Assembly (NCBI GenBank): GCA_964016885.1
Contig: OZ024743.1
Location: 204,724,001 to 204,788,000 of the forward strand
Origin: Eledone cirrhosa
Lineage: Eukaryota
DNA: 64,000 bases
Direction: 5' to 3'
The translations under genes were made by a program, and so were the position numbers. The notes under the pieces are model-generated. The model did no database searches and was not told the origin of the DNA. It was given only the letters and a program-made list of their open reading frames with translations. Each line of letters opens with the position of its first letter. The stretch's first letter is position 1. Shown one piece after another: positions 44,601 to 59,848 of this stretch.

Positions 44601-46591
44601 TAAAACGCATTTAAACACCATAAAAACACAATTAAAACGCCATTAAAAAGACCATTAAAAACTCCATTAAAACATCCTTGAATCTATTAAAAATTTCATT
44701 AAAAACGCAATCAAAAATTCCATTAAAAACCCATTTAAAAACTCATAAACAACACCATTGAAAACCCAATTAAAAACTCCATAAAAAACCCATTAAACAC
44801 CATCGAAAATCCCATTAAAATTCCATTAAAACACCATTAAAAAGCCATTAAAACCCAATTTTAAACGCAATTAAAAACTGAATTAAAACACTATTAAAAA
44901 CTCATAAAAAAGGCTCATAAATAATGGGGTTTTCAATTGTTTTTTATGAAATTTATAATATGGCTTTTAATGAACTTTTTAATGGGCTTTTAGTGGAGTT
45001 TTTAATGGATTTTTATGGAATTTTTAATGACATTATTAATGGTTTTTTAGTTGGGCTTTTTGTGATGTTTTAATGGCGTTTTTATGACATTTTATTGTGT
45101 TTTGTGGCGTTTTAATGGCGTTTTAATTGGTTTGTTATTGGGTTTTTAATAGAGTTTTATGAACTTTTAATATGGGGTTAATGGGTTTTGAATGTGTTTT
45201 CAATGGAACTTTTAATTGAGTTTTTAATGAAATTTCTAATGGGATGTGTAATTGAATTTTTAATTGGTTTTTAATGGGTTTAGTGGGTTTATAGTGGAGT
45301 TTTTAATGGTGTTTTAATGGTGCTTCGATTGAGTTTTTAATTGAGTTTTTAATTGAGTTTTTACTGAGTTTTTAATTGAGTTCTTATTTTATTTTATTTT
45401 ATTTATTTTTTATATTTAATTTTTTTTTATTTTTTTTTTATTTTATTTTATTTTTATTTATTTTATTTTATTTTATTTTATTTTATTTTATTTTATTTAT
45501 TTTATTTTATTTTATTTATATTTTTTAGTTTTTTTTATTTTATTTTATTTTATTTTTTTTTATTTTTTTTTATTTTTTTTTATTTTATTTTATTTTATTT
45601 TATTTTATTTTATTTTATTTTATTTTATTTTATTTTATTTTATTGAGTTTTTAATTTAGTTTATAATTTAGTTTATAACTTAGTTTATAATTTAGTTTAT
45701 TTCTCCCTCTTCTCCCCCTACTGTCCTCTACAGCCAGATCTGCCTTTCTTTACCCCTCCCAAGTCTCTTCCCTCTTCTCCCCCTACTGTCCTCTACAGCC
45801 TGATCTGCCTTTCTTTACCCCTCCCTAGTCTCTTCATTATTCAGTTTTGTTTTTATCTTTCTAAAACATCCTAGTTTTAATGAAATTAAAAGGAAATAGC
45901 AATCGCTATAAGTGTGCAAGCCAGCATGTAACTTCATGTGTGTGTGTTTTTAATGGAGTTTTTAATTGAGTTTTAATGGAGTTTTAATTGAGTTTATAAT
46001 GGAGATTTAAATGGAATTTTTAATTGAGTTTTAATGTAGTTTTAATGGTGTTTTATGCCGTTTTAATGGTATTTTAATGGGGTTTTTATTTGGTTTTTTA
46101 TAAAGTTTTGGGCGCGCTTTTAATAGGGGTTTAATGGGTTTTCAGTGTAGTTTTTAATGACATTTTTAATGGTTTTCCAATGGAACCTTAGTGGTGTGTT
46201 AATGCAATTTTAATTGGCTTAATGGGCTTTTAATTGTGTTTTTAATGGTGTTTTAATTGAGTTTTTAATTGCGTTTTAATTGAGTTTTTATTTCGGTTTA
46301 AATTTGAGGTTTTAATGTCTTTTCGAGGGGGGTTTAATGGGGGTTTTAATGGAGTTTTAATGGGGACTTTTAATGGAAACTTTAATTTTGTTTTAATTGG
46401 GTTTTTATGGGTTTCCAATGTGGTTTTTAATGGCGCTTTTATTGGCATTCTTAATGATGTTTTAATTGTGTTTTAATGGGGGGTTTGGTTGGGGTTTTAA
46501 TGGAGTGTTTTATGAGCTTATAATGGGGTTTTTAATGGGTTTTTCAAAATAGATTTTTAATTGAATTTTTAATGTGGTTTTTAATGGGATT

Positions 46592-46636
<45 letters not shown>

Positions 46637-46707
46637 AATATATAGTGTGTGTGTATATATATATATATAGTGTGTATGTATATATATATATATATATAGT
46701 GTGTGCG

Positions 46708-46739
<32 letters not shown>

Positions 46740-47332
46740 ACACAAATATTAGCATATACATATTTTCTTAGTAATTGAGGATGTGTTTTTTATACATACA
46801 TATGCATATTGCATCCATACATACACACATACAAGCATATACATACACATACACACACATATATATACACACACTGTATATATATACATACACACACACA
46901 CATATATATATATACACCACACACTATATATATATATAGTGTGTGTGTGTATATATATATGTGTGTGTGTGTGTATGTATATATATATATACAGTGTGTG
47001 TATATATGTGTGTGTGTATGTCTATGTATATGCTTGTATGTGTGTATGTATGTATGTATGCAATATGCATATGTATGTATAAAAACACATCCTCAATGAC
47101 TAAGAAATTATGTATATGCTAATATTTGTGTTAGTGTCTATATAAATGTATGTATGTAGTATATGCAAGTGTTCGTGCAAATTGAAAATAGATTTAATAA
47201 TTTTAATAATATCTAGAACAATGTGATCTAAAAAAAATATTTTTTAAGATACGAATATATCGTTGTCAGCTTAATATGGCACTAACGCAAAATATAAATC
47301 CCAGTTTATATATAGTGTGTAACATGAAAGTG

Positions 47333-47371
<39 letters not shown>

Positions 47372-47496
47372 ATATATATATATATATATATTTAATATAT
47401 ATATATATATATATATATATTTAATATATATATATATATATATTTAATATATATATATATATATATATATTTAATATATATATATATATATATATA

Positions 47497-47533
<37 letters not shown>

Positions 47534-47534
47534 A

Positions 47535-47576
<42 letters not shown>

Positions 47577-47710
47577 ATACACATATATATGTGTAAATAT
47601 ATATATACACATATATATGTGTAAATATATATATACACATATATATATACACATATATATGTGTAAATATATATATATACATATATATGTATGTATATAT
47701 ATATATATAT
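41644..47710 (+). repeat. Macrosatellite unit U6 (6067 bp)
   Basis: Landmark-to-landmark copy; shares diagnostic variants with U5. Confidence 0.95.
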
Positions 47711-50700
47711 AAACACCATTAAAAACTCCATTGAAAAGCTCATAAAAACTCATTAAAAACCCAATAAAAAGCACACTAAACCACCATTAAAAGCTACATC
47801 CGAAACCCATTAAAAACTATATTAAAACACCATTAAAATTCCATTAAAAACCACATTAAAATCCATTAAAAATCCAATTAAAAACAGTAAAAACTTAATT
47901 GTAAACGTAATCGAAAGCGCAAGTAAAACAACATTAAAACCATTTAACACCCCATTAAAACCCACAAAAATACCACCAGAACCCATTAAAATCCCATAAC
48001 CGCCATTAAAATTCCATTAAAAATATTATCAAAAACTTCATTTAAAACACACTGGAAACCCATTAAACTTCATAATTCTCGTTAAAAAAAATTCATTAAA
48101 AACTCAATCAAAAACCCAATTAAAAGGCCATAAAAGAAACATTAAAACAGCATTTAAAATACCATTAAAAACGCCATAAAAAACATTAAAATCCCATTAA
48201 AAATACATTAAAGGCCCATTAAAAATTCCACTAAAAACCTCATTGAAAACCCCATTTAAAACCTACTTAGAAGCTCATAAAAACTCCCAAAACCCCAAAA
48301 AAAAACAATTAAAATGTCATTAAAACGTCATAAAACGCTATTAAAACGTCATTAAAAATGTCATTAAAAACTCCATTGATAACTCAATTAAAAACTGCAT
48401 TTTACCCCCCTCCTCCCCCATTAAAAACACATTAAACACTCCATTAAAATTACCATTAAAAACCAATTAAATACTCCATTAAACACTATATTAAAACCGC
48501 AATTATAAATTCTTTAAAAATCCAATTAAAAACCATATTATAAACTCCATTAAAAATCCAATTAAAAACCCTACTGAAAATCCCATTATAAAATTACATA
48601 AAAAACCCATAATAATAGTCCTTAAAAAAAACAATTAAAAATCCTATTAAAACGCCATAAAAAACACCATTAAAACGTCATTAAAAATACAATTGAAAAC
48701 ACCATTAAAAACTACATTGCAAATTCCATTAAAAGACCCATTAAAAACTCCATTAAAAACACCACTAAAAAGTCCATTAAAAAGCTCATAAAACCCATTA
48801 AAATACAATTAATAACCAATTAACACTCCATTAAAAACCATTACAACCGTCATTAAAATGCCATAAAATACCATTAAAACGCCATTAAGAACGCCATTAA
48901 AATCGTCATTAAAAACCTCATTAAAAACTACATTAAAACTTCATTAAAAACTCCATTAAAACCTCCATTATAAACTCTATTAAACTCCATTAAAAACTCA
49001 ATTAAATCCCCCATTAAACCCCCATTAAGCCCCATTAAAAGCCCCTGAAAAATGCAACTAAAAACAAATTTTAAAACCCCATTAAAACACAATTAAAAGT
49101 CCATTGGAAACCCCATTAAAATTCCATTAAAAATTCATTAAAAACTTAGTAAAAACTCGTTTTTATACTCAATTAAAAAGGTAATTGAAAACTCAATTAG
49201 CACACCATTAAAAACTCATTAAAAAGCCCATAAAAACTCCATAAAAAATCTAATTGAAAAACATTAAAAATTCAGTTAAAAACCTGATTGAAAACCCCAA
49301 TAAAAGTTCATTAAAAAAACTCCATTAAAAAATCAATCAAAACCCCATTAAAATAACATTGAAACTTATCGAAGCGTCATTAAGGATACCATTAAAAACA
49401 CCATTAAAACGGCATTGAAAACCCATTATAAAAAATTAAAGGGTCCGTAAAAAACACCATTATAAATCCATTAAAAACCTAATTGAAAAACCCATTAAAA
49501 CTCAATTTTTAAACTAGATTAAAAACGCAATTAAAAACGCAATTAAAAGCTCAATGAAAAACCATTAAAAACACCATTAAAAACTCTAAAAAAAAAAGAG
49601 CACTAGCCATTAAAACTCCATTAAAACCCATTGAAACCTACTACCCCCATTAAACCCCATTAAAATTGCATTAAACACATTACACATCCATTAAAGCCCA
49701 TTAGAAGGACCATCAAATATTTAAATTTAAACTAAATCAGAAACTCGCTTAAAACACCATTAAAAACACATTAAAATGTCACTAATACCATTAACAACCA
49801 CACCAAAAACTCCATTAATATACCATTAAAAACCGCATTGAAAACCCATAAAATCCCAAGTAAAGATCTTTTAAAAAACTACATTAAAAACCCAATTAAA
49901 AAACCCATTAAAACGCCATAAAAGTCATTAAAACGTCATTTAAAGTACCATTAAAAACGTCACTAGAAACCCAATTAAAAATACATTAAAAATTCCATTT
50001 GAAACCATATTAAAAATTTCATTAAATGCAATATTGAAAAACCCATTAAAAACACCAGTGAAAACTCATATAAATACTCAATTAAAAAAACCAATTAAAA
50101 ATCCTATTTAAACGTCACTAAAACACCATAAAAAACACAATTAAAACGTCATAAAAACACCATTAAACTATCATTAAAAATTACATTGAAAACACCATTA
50201 AAAATTCAATTAAAACCCCATTAAAAATCCATTAAAAAGATCATCATGAACGCACTTAAACACCATCAAAAACGCATTAAAAATTAAATTAAAAAGCAAT
50301 TAATTTTTTTTATCAAACCCCCATTAAAATTCCATTAAACACTCCATTAAAAACAACATTGAAAACCCCCATTAAAAGCTCATACAAAATTATATTAAAA
50401 ACCCAATAAAAAACAATTACAACGCCATTAAAACATCATAAAAACTCATTAAAATGTCATTTAAAATGCCATTAAAACCCTCACGGGGGGAAACGCAATT
50501 AAAAACACCATTAGAAATTTCATTAAAAACTCCATTAAAAATCATATTTAAAGTCAATTAGAACCCTTATTATAAATTCCATTAAAACCCATTAAGTATC
50601 CAATTGAAAAATCCATTAAGAGCTCATTAAAAATACTCCATTAAAAACCCAATTAAAAATCATTAAAACGCATTTAAACACCATAAAAACACAATTAAAA

Positions 50701-52679
50701 CGCCATTAAAAACTCCATTAAAACATCCTTGAATCTATTAAAAATTTCATTAAAAACGCAATCAAAAATTCCATTAAAAACTCATTTAAAAACTCATAAA
50801 CAACACCATTGAAAACCCAATTAAAAACTCCATAAAAAACCCATCAAACACCATCGAAAATCCCATTAAAACACCATTAAAAAGCCATTAAAACCCAATT
50901 TTAAACGCAATTAAAAACTGAATTAAAACACTATTAAAAACTCATAAAAAAAGGCTCATAAATAATGGGGTTTTCAATTGTTTTTTATGAAATTTATAAT
51001 ATGGCTTTTAATGAACTTTTTAATGGGCTTTTAGTGGAGTTTTTAATGGATTTTTATGGAATTTTTAATGACATTATTAATGGTTTTTTAATTGGGCTTT
51101 TTGTGATGTTTTAATGGCGTTTTTATGACATTTTATTGTGTTTTGTGGCGTTTTAATGGCGTTTTAATTGGTTTGTTATTGGGTTTTTAATAGAGTTTTA
51201 TGAACTTTTAATATGGGGTTAATGGGTTTTGAATGTGTTTTCAATGGAACTTTTAATTGAGTTTTTAATGAAATTTCTAATGGGATGTGTAATTGAATTT
51301 TTAATTGGTTTTTAATGGGTTTAGTGGGTTTATAGTGGAGTTTTTAATGGTGTTTTAATGGTGCTTCGATTGAGTTTTTAATTGAGTTTTTAATTGAGTT
51401 TTTACTGAGTTTTTAATTGAGTTCTTATTTTATTTTATTTTATTTATTTTTTATATTTAATTTTTTTTTATTTTATTTTATTTTTATTTATTTTAATTTA
51501 TTTTATTTTATTTTATTTTATTTTATTTTATTTATTTTATTTTATTTTATTTATATTTTTTAGTTTTTTTTATTTTATTTTATTTTATTTTTTTTTATTT
51601 TATTTTATTTTATTTTATTTTATTTTATTTTATTTTATTTTATTTTATTTTATTTTTTATTTTATTTTATTTTATTTTATTTTATTTTATTTTATTTTAT
51701 TTTATTTTATTTTATTTTATTTTATTTTATTGAGTTTTTAATTTAGTTTATAATTTAGTTTATAACTTAGTTTATAATTTAGTTTATTTCTCCCTCTTCT
51801 CCCCCTACTGTCCTCTACAGCCAGATCTGCCTTTCTTTACCCCTCCCAAGTCTCTTCCCTCTTCTCCCCCTACTGTCCTCTACAGCCTGATCTGCCTTTC
51901 TTTACCCCTCCCTAGTCTCTTCATTATTCAGTTTTGTTTTTATCTTTCTAAAACATCCTAGTTTTAATGAAATTAAAAGGAAATAGCAATCGCTATAAGT
52001 GTGCAAGCCAGCATGTAACTTCATGTGTGTGTGTTTTTAATGGAGTTTTTAATTGAGTTTTAATGGAGTTTTAATTGAGTTTATAATGGAGATTTAAATG
52101 GAATTTTTAATTGAGTTTTAATGTAGTTTTAATGGTGTTTTATGCCGTTTTAATGGTATTTTAATGGGGTTTTTATTTGGTTTTTTATAAAGTTTTGGGT
52201 GCGCTTTTAATGGGGGTTTAATGGGTTTTCAGTGTAGTTTTTAATGACATTTTTAATGGTTTTCCAATGGAACCTTAGTGGTGTGTTAATGCAATTTTAA
52301 TTGGTTTAATGGGCTTTTAATTGTGTTTTTAATGGTGTTTTAATTGGGTTTTTAATTGCGTTTTAATTGAGTTTTTATTTCGGTTTAAATTTGAGGTTTT
52401 AATGTCTTTTCGAGGGGGGGTTTAATGGGTGTTTTAATGGAGTTTTAATGGGGACTTTTAATGGAAACTTTAATTTTGTTTTAATTGGGTTTTTATGGGT
52501 TTCCAATGTGGTTTTTAATGGCGCTTTTATTGGCATTCTTAATGATGTTTTAATTGTGTTTTAATGGGGGGTTTGGTTGGGGTTTTAATGGAGTGTTTTA
52601 TGAGCTTATAATGGGGTTTTTAATGGGTTTTTCAAAATAGATTTTTAATTGAATTTTTAATGTGGTTTTTAATGGGATT

Positions 52680-52728
<49 letters not shown>

Positions 52729-52791
52729 GTGTGTGTGTATATATATATATATAGTGTGTATGTATATATATATATATATATAGTGTGTGCG

Positions 52792-52823
<32 letters not shown>

Positions 52824-53418
52824 ACACAAATATTAGCATATACATATTTTCTTAGTAATTGAGGATGTGTTTTTTATACATACATATGCATATTGCATCC
52901 ATACATACACACATACAAGCATATACATACACATACACACACATATATATACACACACTGTATATATATACATACACACACACACATATATATATATACA
53001 CCACACACTATATATATATATAGTGTGTGTGTGTATATATATATATGTGTGTGTGTGTGTATGTATATATATATATACAGTGTGTGTATATATGTGTGTG
53101 TGTATGTCTATGTATATGCTTGTATGTGTGTATGTATGTATGTATGCAATATGCATATGTATGTATAAAAACACATCCTCAATGACTAAGAAATTATGTA
53201 TATGCTAATATTTGTGTTAGTGTCTATATAAATGTATGTATGTAGTATATGCAAGTGTTCGTGCAAATTGAAAATAGATTTAATAATTTTAATAATATCT
53301 AGAACAATGTGATCTAAAAAAAATATTTTTTAAGATACGAATATATCGTTGTCAGCTTAATATGGCACTAACGCAAAATATAAATCCCAGTTTATATATA
53401 GTGTGTAACATGAAAGTG

Positions 53419-53467
<49 letters not shown>

Positions 53468-53486
53468 ATATATATATATATATATA

Positions 53487-53523
<37 letters not shown>

Positions 53524-53551
53524 ATATATATATATATATATATATATTTAA

Positions 53552-53589
<38 letters not shown>

Positions 53590-53729
53590 ATACACATATA
53601 TATGTGTAAATATATATATACACATATATATGTGTAAATATATATATACACATATATATATACACATATATATGTGTAAATATATATATATATACATATA
53701 TATGTATGTATGTATATATATATATATAT
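47711..53729 (+). repeat. Macrosatellite unit U7 (6019 bp)
   Basis: Landmark-to-landmark copy with a mosaic variant pattern. Confidence 0.95.
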
Positions 53730-56700
53730 AAACACCATTAAAAACTCCATTGAAAAGCTCATAAAAACTCATTAAAAACCCAATAAAAAGCACACTAAAC
53801 CACCATTAAAAGCTACATCCGAAACCCATTAAAAACTATATTAAAACACCATTAAAATTCCATTAAAAACCACATTAAAATCCATTAAAAATCCAATTAA
53901 AAACAGTAAAAACTTAATTGTAAACGTAATCGAAAGCGCAAGTAAAACAACATTAAAACCATTTAACACCCCATTAAAACCCACAAAAATACCACCAGAA
54001 CCCATTAAAATCCCATAACCGCCATTAAAATTCCATTAAAAATATTATCAAAAACTTCATTTAAAACACACTGGAAACCCATTAAACTTCATAATTCTCG
54101 TTAAAAAAAATTCATTAAAAACTCAATCAAAAACCCAATTAAAAGGCCATAAAAGAAACATTAAAACAGCATTTAAAATACCATTAAAAACGCCATAAAA
54201 AACATTAAAATCCCATTAAAAATACATTAAAGGCCCATTAAAAATTCCACTAAAAACCTCATTGAAAACCCCATTTAAAACCTAATTAGAAGCTCATAAA
54301 AACTCCCAAAACCCCCCCAAAAAACCATTAAAACGTCATTAAAACGTCATAAAACGCTATTAAAACGTCATTAAAAATGTCATTAAAAACTCCATTGATA
54401 ACTCAATTAAAAACTGCATTTTACCCCCCTCCTCCCCCATTAAAAACACATTAAACACTCCATTAAAATTACCATTAAAAACCAATTAAATACTCCATTA
54501 AACACTATATTAAAACCGCAATTATAAATTCTTTAAAAATCCAATTAAAAACCATATTATAAACTCCATTAAAAATCCAATTAAAAACCCTACTGAAAAT
54601 CCCATTATAAAATTACATAAAAAACCCATAATAATAGTCCTTTAAAAAACCAATTAAAAATCCTATTAAAACGCCATAAAAAACACCATTAAAACGTCAT
54701 TAAAAATACAATTGAAAACACCATTAAAAAATACATTGCAAATTCCATTAAAAGACCCATTAAAAACTCCATTAAAAACATCACTAAAAAGCCCATTAAA
54801 AAGCTCATAAAACCCATTAAAATACAATTAATAACCAATTAACACTCCATTAAAAACCATTACAACCGTCATTAAAATGCCATAAAAAACCATTAAAACG
54901 CCATTAAGAACGCCATTAAAATCGTCATTAAAAACCTCATTAAAAACTACATTAAAACTTCATTAAAAACTCCATTAAAACCTCCATTATAAACTCTATT
55001 AAACTCCATTAAAAACTCAATTAAATCCCCCATTAAACCCCCATTAAGCCCCATTAAAAGCCCCTGAAAAATGCAACTAAAAACCAATTTTAAGACCCCA
55101 TTAAAACACAATTAAAAGTCCATTGGAAACCCCCATTAAAATTCCATTAAAAATTCATTAAAAACTTAGTAAAACTCGATTTTATACTCAATTAAAAAGG
55201 TAATTGAAAACTCAATTAGCACACCATTAAAAACTCATTAAAAAGCCCATAAAAACTCCATAAAAAATCTAATTGAAAAACATTAAAAATTCAGTTAAAA
55301 ACCTGATTGAAAACCCCAATAAAAGTTCATTAAAAAAACTCCATTAAAAAAATCAATCAAAACCCCATTAAAATAACATTGAAACTTATCGAAGCGTCAT
55401 TAAGGATACCATTAAAAAACACCATTAAAACGGCATTGAAAACCCATTATAAAAAATTAAAGGATCCGTAAAAAACACCATTATAAATCCATTAAAAACC
55501 TAATTGAAAAACCCATTAAAACTCAATTTTTAAACTAGATTAAAAACGCAATTAAAAACGCAATTAAAAGCTCAATGAAAAACCATTAAAAACACCATTA
55601 AAAACTCTAAAAAAAAAGAGCACTAGCCATTAAAACTCCATTAAAACACATTGAAACCTACTACCCCCATTAAACCCCATTAAAATTGCATTAAACACAT
55701 TACACATCCATTAAAGCCCATTAGAAGGACCATCAAATATTTAAATTTAAACTAAATCAGAAACTCGCTTAAAACACCATTAAAAACACATTAAAATGTC
55801 ACTAATACCATTAACAACCACACCAAAAACTCCATTAATATACCATTAAAAACCGCATTGAAAACCCATAAAATCCCAAGTAAAGATCTTTTAAAAAACT
55901 ACATTAAAAACCCAATTAAAAAACCCATTAAAACGCCATAAAAGTCATTAAAACGTCATTTAAAGTACCATTAAAAACGTCACTAGAAACCCAATTAAAA
56001 ACACATTAAAAATTCCATTTGAAACCATATTAAAAATTTCATTAAATGCAATATTGAAAAACCCATTAAAAACACCAGTGAAAACTCATATAAATACTCA
56101 ATTAAAAAACCAATTAAAAATCCTATTTAAACGTCACTAAAACACCATAAAAAACACAATTAAAACGTCATTAAAACACCATTAAACTATCATTAAAAAT
56201 TACATTGAAAACACCATTAAAAAGTCAATTAAAACCCCATTAAAAATCCATTAAAAAGATCATCATGAACGCACTTAAACACCATCAAAAACGCATTAAA
56301 AATTAAATTAAAAAGCAATTAATTTTTTTTATCAAACCCCCATTAAAATTCCATTAAACACTCCATTAAAAACAACATTGAAAACCCCCATTAAAAGCTC
56401 ATACAAAATTATATTAAAAACCCAATAAAAACAATTACAACGCCATTAAAACATCATAAAAACTCATTAAAATGTCATTTAAAATGCCATTAAAACCCTC
56501 ACGGGGGGAAACGCAATTAAAAACACCATTAGAAATTTCATTAAAAACTCCATTAAAAATCATATTTAAAGTCAATTAGAACCCTTATTATAAATTCCAT
56601 TAAAACCCATTAAGTATCCAATTGAAAAATCCATTAAGAGCTCATTAAAAATACTCCATTAAAAACCCAATTAAAAATCATTAAAACGCATTTAAACACC

Positions 56701-58672
56701 ATAAAAACACAATTAAAACGCCATTAAAAAGACCATTAAAAACTCCATTAAAACATCCTTGAATCTATTAAAAATTTCATTAAAAACGCAATCAAAAATT
56801 CCATTAAAAACCCATTTAAAAACTCATAAACAACACCATTGAAAACCCAATTAAAAACTCCATAAAAAATCCATTAAACACCATCGAAAATCACATTAAA
56901 ATTCCATTAAAACACCATTAAAAAGCCATTAAAACCCAATTTTAAACGCAATTAAAAACTGAATTAAAACACTATTAAAAACTCATAAAAAAGGCTCATA
57001 AATAATGGGGTTTTCAATTGTTTTTTATGAAATTTATAATATGGCTTTTAATGAACTTTTTAATGGGCTTTTAGTGGAGTTTTTAATGGATTTTTATGGA
57101 ATTTTTAATGGCATTATTAATGGTTTTTAATTGGGCTTTTTGTGATGTTTTAATGGCGTTTTTATGACATTTTATTGTGTTTTGTGGCGTTCTAATGGCG
57201 TTTTAATTGGTTTGTTATTGGGTTTTTAATAGAGTTTTATGAACTTTTAATATGGGGTTAATGGGTTTTGAATGTGTTTTCAATGGAACTTTTAATTGAG
57301 TTTTTAATGAAATTTCTAATGGGATGTGTAATTGAATTTTTAATTGGTTTTTAATGGGTTTAGTGGGTTTATAGTGGAGTTTTTAATGGTGTTTTAATGG
57401 TGCTTCGATTGAGTTTTTAATTGAGTTTTTAATTGAGTTTTTACTGAGTTTTTAATTGAGTTCTTATTTTATTTTATTTTATTTATTTTTTATATTTAAT
57501 TTTTTTTTATTTTTTTTTATTTTATTTTATTTTTATTTATTTTATTTTATTTTATTTTATTTTATTTTATTTTATTTTATTTATTTTATTTTATTTTATT
57601 TATATTTTTTAGTTTTTTTTATTTTATTTTATTTTATTTTTTTTTATTTTATTTTATTTTATTTTATTTTATTTTATTTTATTTTTTATTTTATTTTATT
57701 TTATTTTATTTTATTTTATTTTATTGAGTTTTTAATTTAGTTTATAATTTAGTTTATAACTTAGTTTATAATTTAGTTTATTTCTCCCTCTTCTCCCCCT
57801 ACTGTCCTCTACAGCCAGATCTGCCTTTCTTTACCCCTCCCAAGTCTCTTCCCTCTTCTCCCCCTACTGTCCTCTACAGCCTGATCTGCCTTTCTTTACC
57901 CCTCCCTAGTCTCTTCATTATTCAGTTTTGTTTTTATCTTTCTAAAACATCCTAGTTTTAATGAAATTAAAAGGAAATAGCAATCGCTATAAGTGTGCAA
58001 GCCAGCATGTAACTTCATGTGTGTGTGTTTTTAATGGAGTTTTTAATTGAGTTTTAATGGAGTTTTAATTGAGTTTATAATGGAGATTTAAATGGAATTT
58101 TTAATTGAGTTTTAATGTAGTTTTAATGGTGTTTTATGCCGTTTTAATGGTATTTTAATGGGGTTTTTATTTGGTTTTTTATAAAGTTTTGGGTGCGCTT
58201 TTAATGGGGGTTTAATGGGTTTTCAGTGTAGTTTTTAATGACATTTTTAATGGTTTTCCAATGGAACCTTAGTGGTGTGTTAATGCAATTTTAATTGGTT
58301 TAATGGGCTTTTAATTGTGTTTTTAATGGTGTTTTAATTGAGTTTTTAATTGCGTTTTAATTGAGTTTTTATTTCGGTTTAAATTTGAGGTTTTAATGTC
58401 TTTTCGAGGGGGGTTTAATGGGGGTTTTAATGGAGTTTTAATGGGGACTTTTAATGGAAACTTTAATTTTGTTTTAATTGGGTTTTTATGGGTTTCCAAT
58501 GTGGTTTTTAATGGCGCTTTTATTGGCATTCTTAATGATGTTTTAATTGTGTTTTAATGGGGGGTTTGGTTGGGGTTTTAATGGAGTGTTTTATGAGCTT
58601 ATAATGGGGTTTTTAATGGGTTTTTCAAAATAGATTTTTAATTGAATTTTTAATGTTGTTTTTAATGGGATT

Positions 58673-58731
<59 letters not shown>

Positions 58732-58794
58732 GTGTGTGTGTATATATATATATATAGTGTGTATGTATATATATATATATATATAGTGTGTGCG

Positions 58795-58826
<32 letters not shown>

Positions 58827-59421
58827 ACACAAATATTAGCATATACATATTTTCTTAGTAATTGAGGATGTGTTTTTTATACATACATATGCATATTGCA
58901 TCCATACATACACACATACAAGCATATACATACACATACACACACATATATATACACACACTGTATATATATATACATACACACACACACATATATATAT
59001 ATACACCACACACTATATATATATATAGTGTGTGTGTGTATATATATATGTGTGTGTGTGTGTATGTATATATATATATACAGTGTGTGTATATATGTGT
59101 GTGTGTATGTCTATGTATATGCTTGTATGTGTGTATGTATGTATGTATGCAATATGCATATGTATGTATAAAAACACATCCTCAATGACTAAGAAATTAT
59201 GTATATGCTAATATTTGTGTTAGTGTCTATATAAATGTATGTATGTAGTATATGCAAGTGTTCGTGCAAATTGAAAATAGATTTAATAATTTTAATAATA
59301 TCTAGAACAATGTGATCTAAAAAAAATATTTTTTAAGATACGAATATATCGTTGTCAGCTTAATATGGCACTAACTCAAAATATAAATCCCAGTTTATAT
59401 ATAGTGTGTAACATGAAAGTG

Positions 59422-59507
<86 letters not shown>

Positions 59508-59603
59508 ATATATATATATATATATATATTTAATATATATATATATATATATATATTTAATATATATATATATATATATTTAATATATATATATATATAT
59601 ATA

Positions 59604-59675
<72 letters not shown>

Positions 59676-59676
59676 A

Positions 59677-59709
<33 letters not shown>

Positions 59710-59848
59710 TTAATACACATATATATGTGTAAATATATATATACACATATATATGTGTAAATATATATATACACATATATATATACACATATATATGTGT
59801 AAATATATATATATACATATATATGTATGTATGTATATATATATATAT
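53730..59848 (+). repeat. Macrosatellite unit U8 (6119 bp)
   Basis: Landmark-to-landmark copy; shares private variants with U9. Confidence 0.95.
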
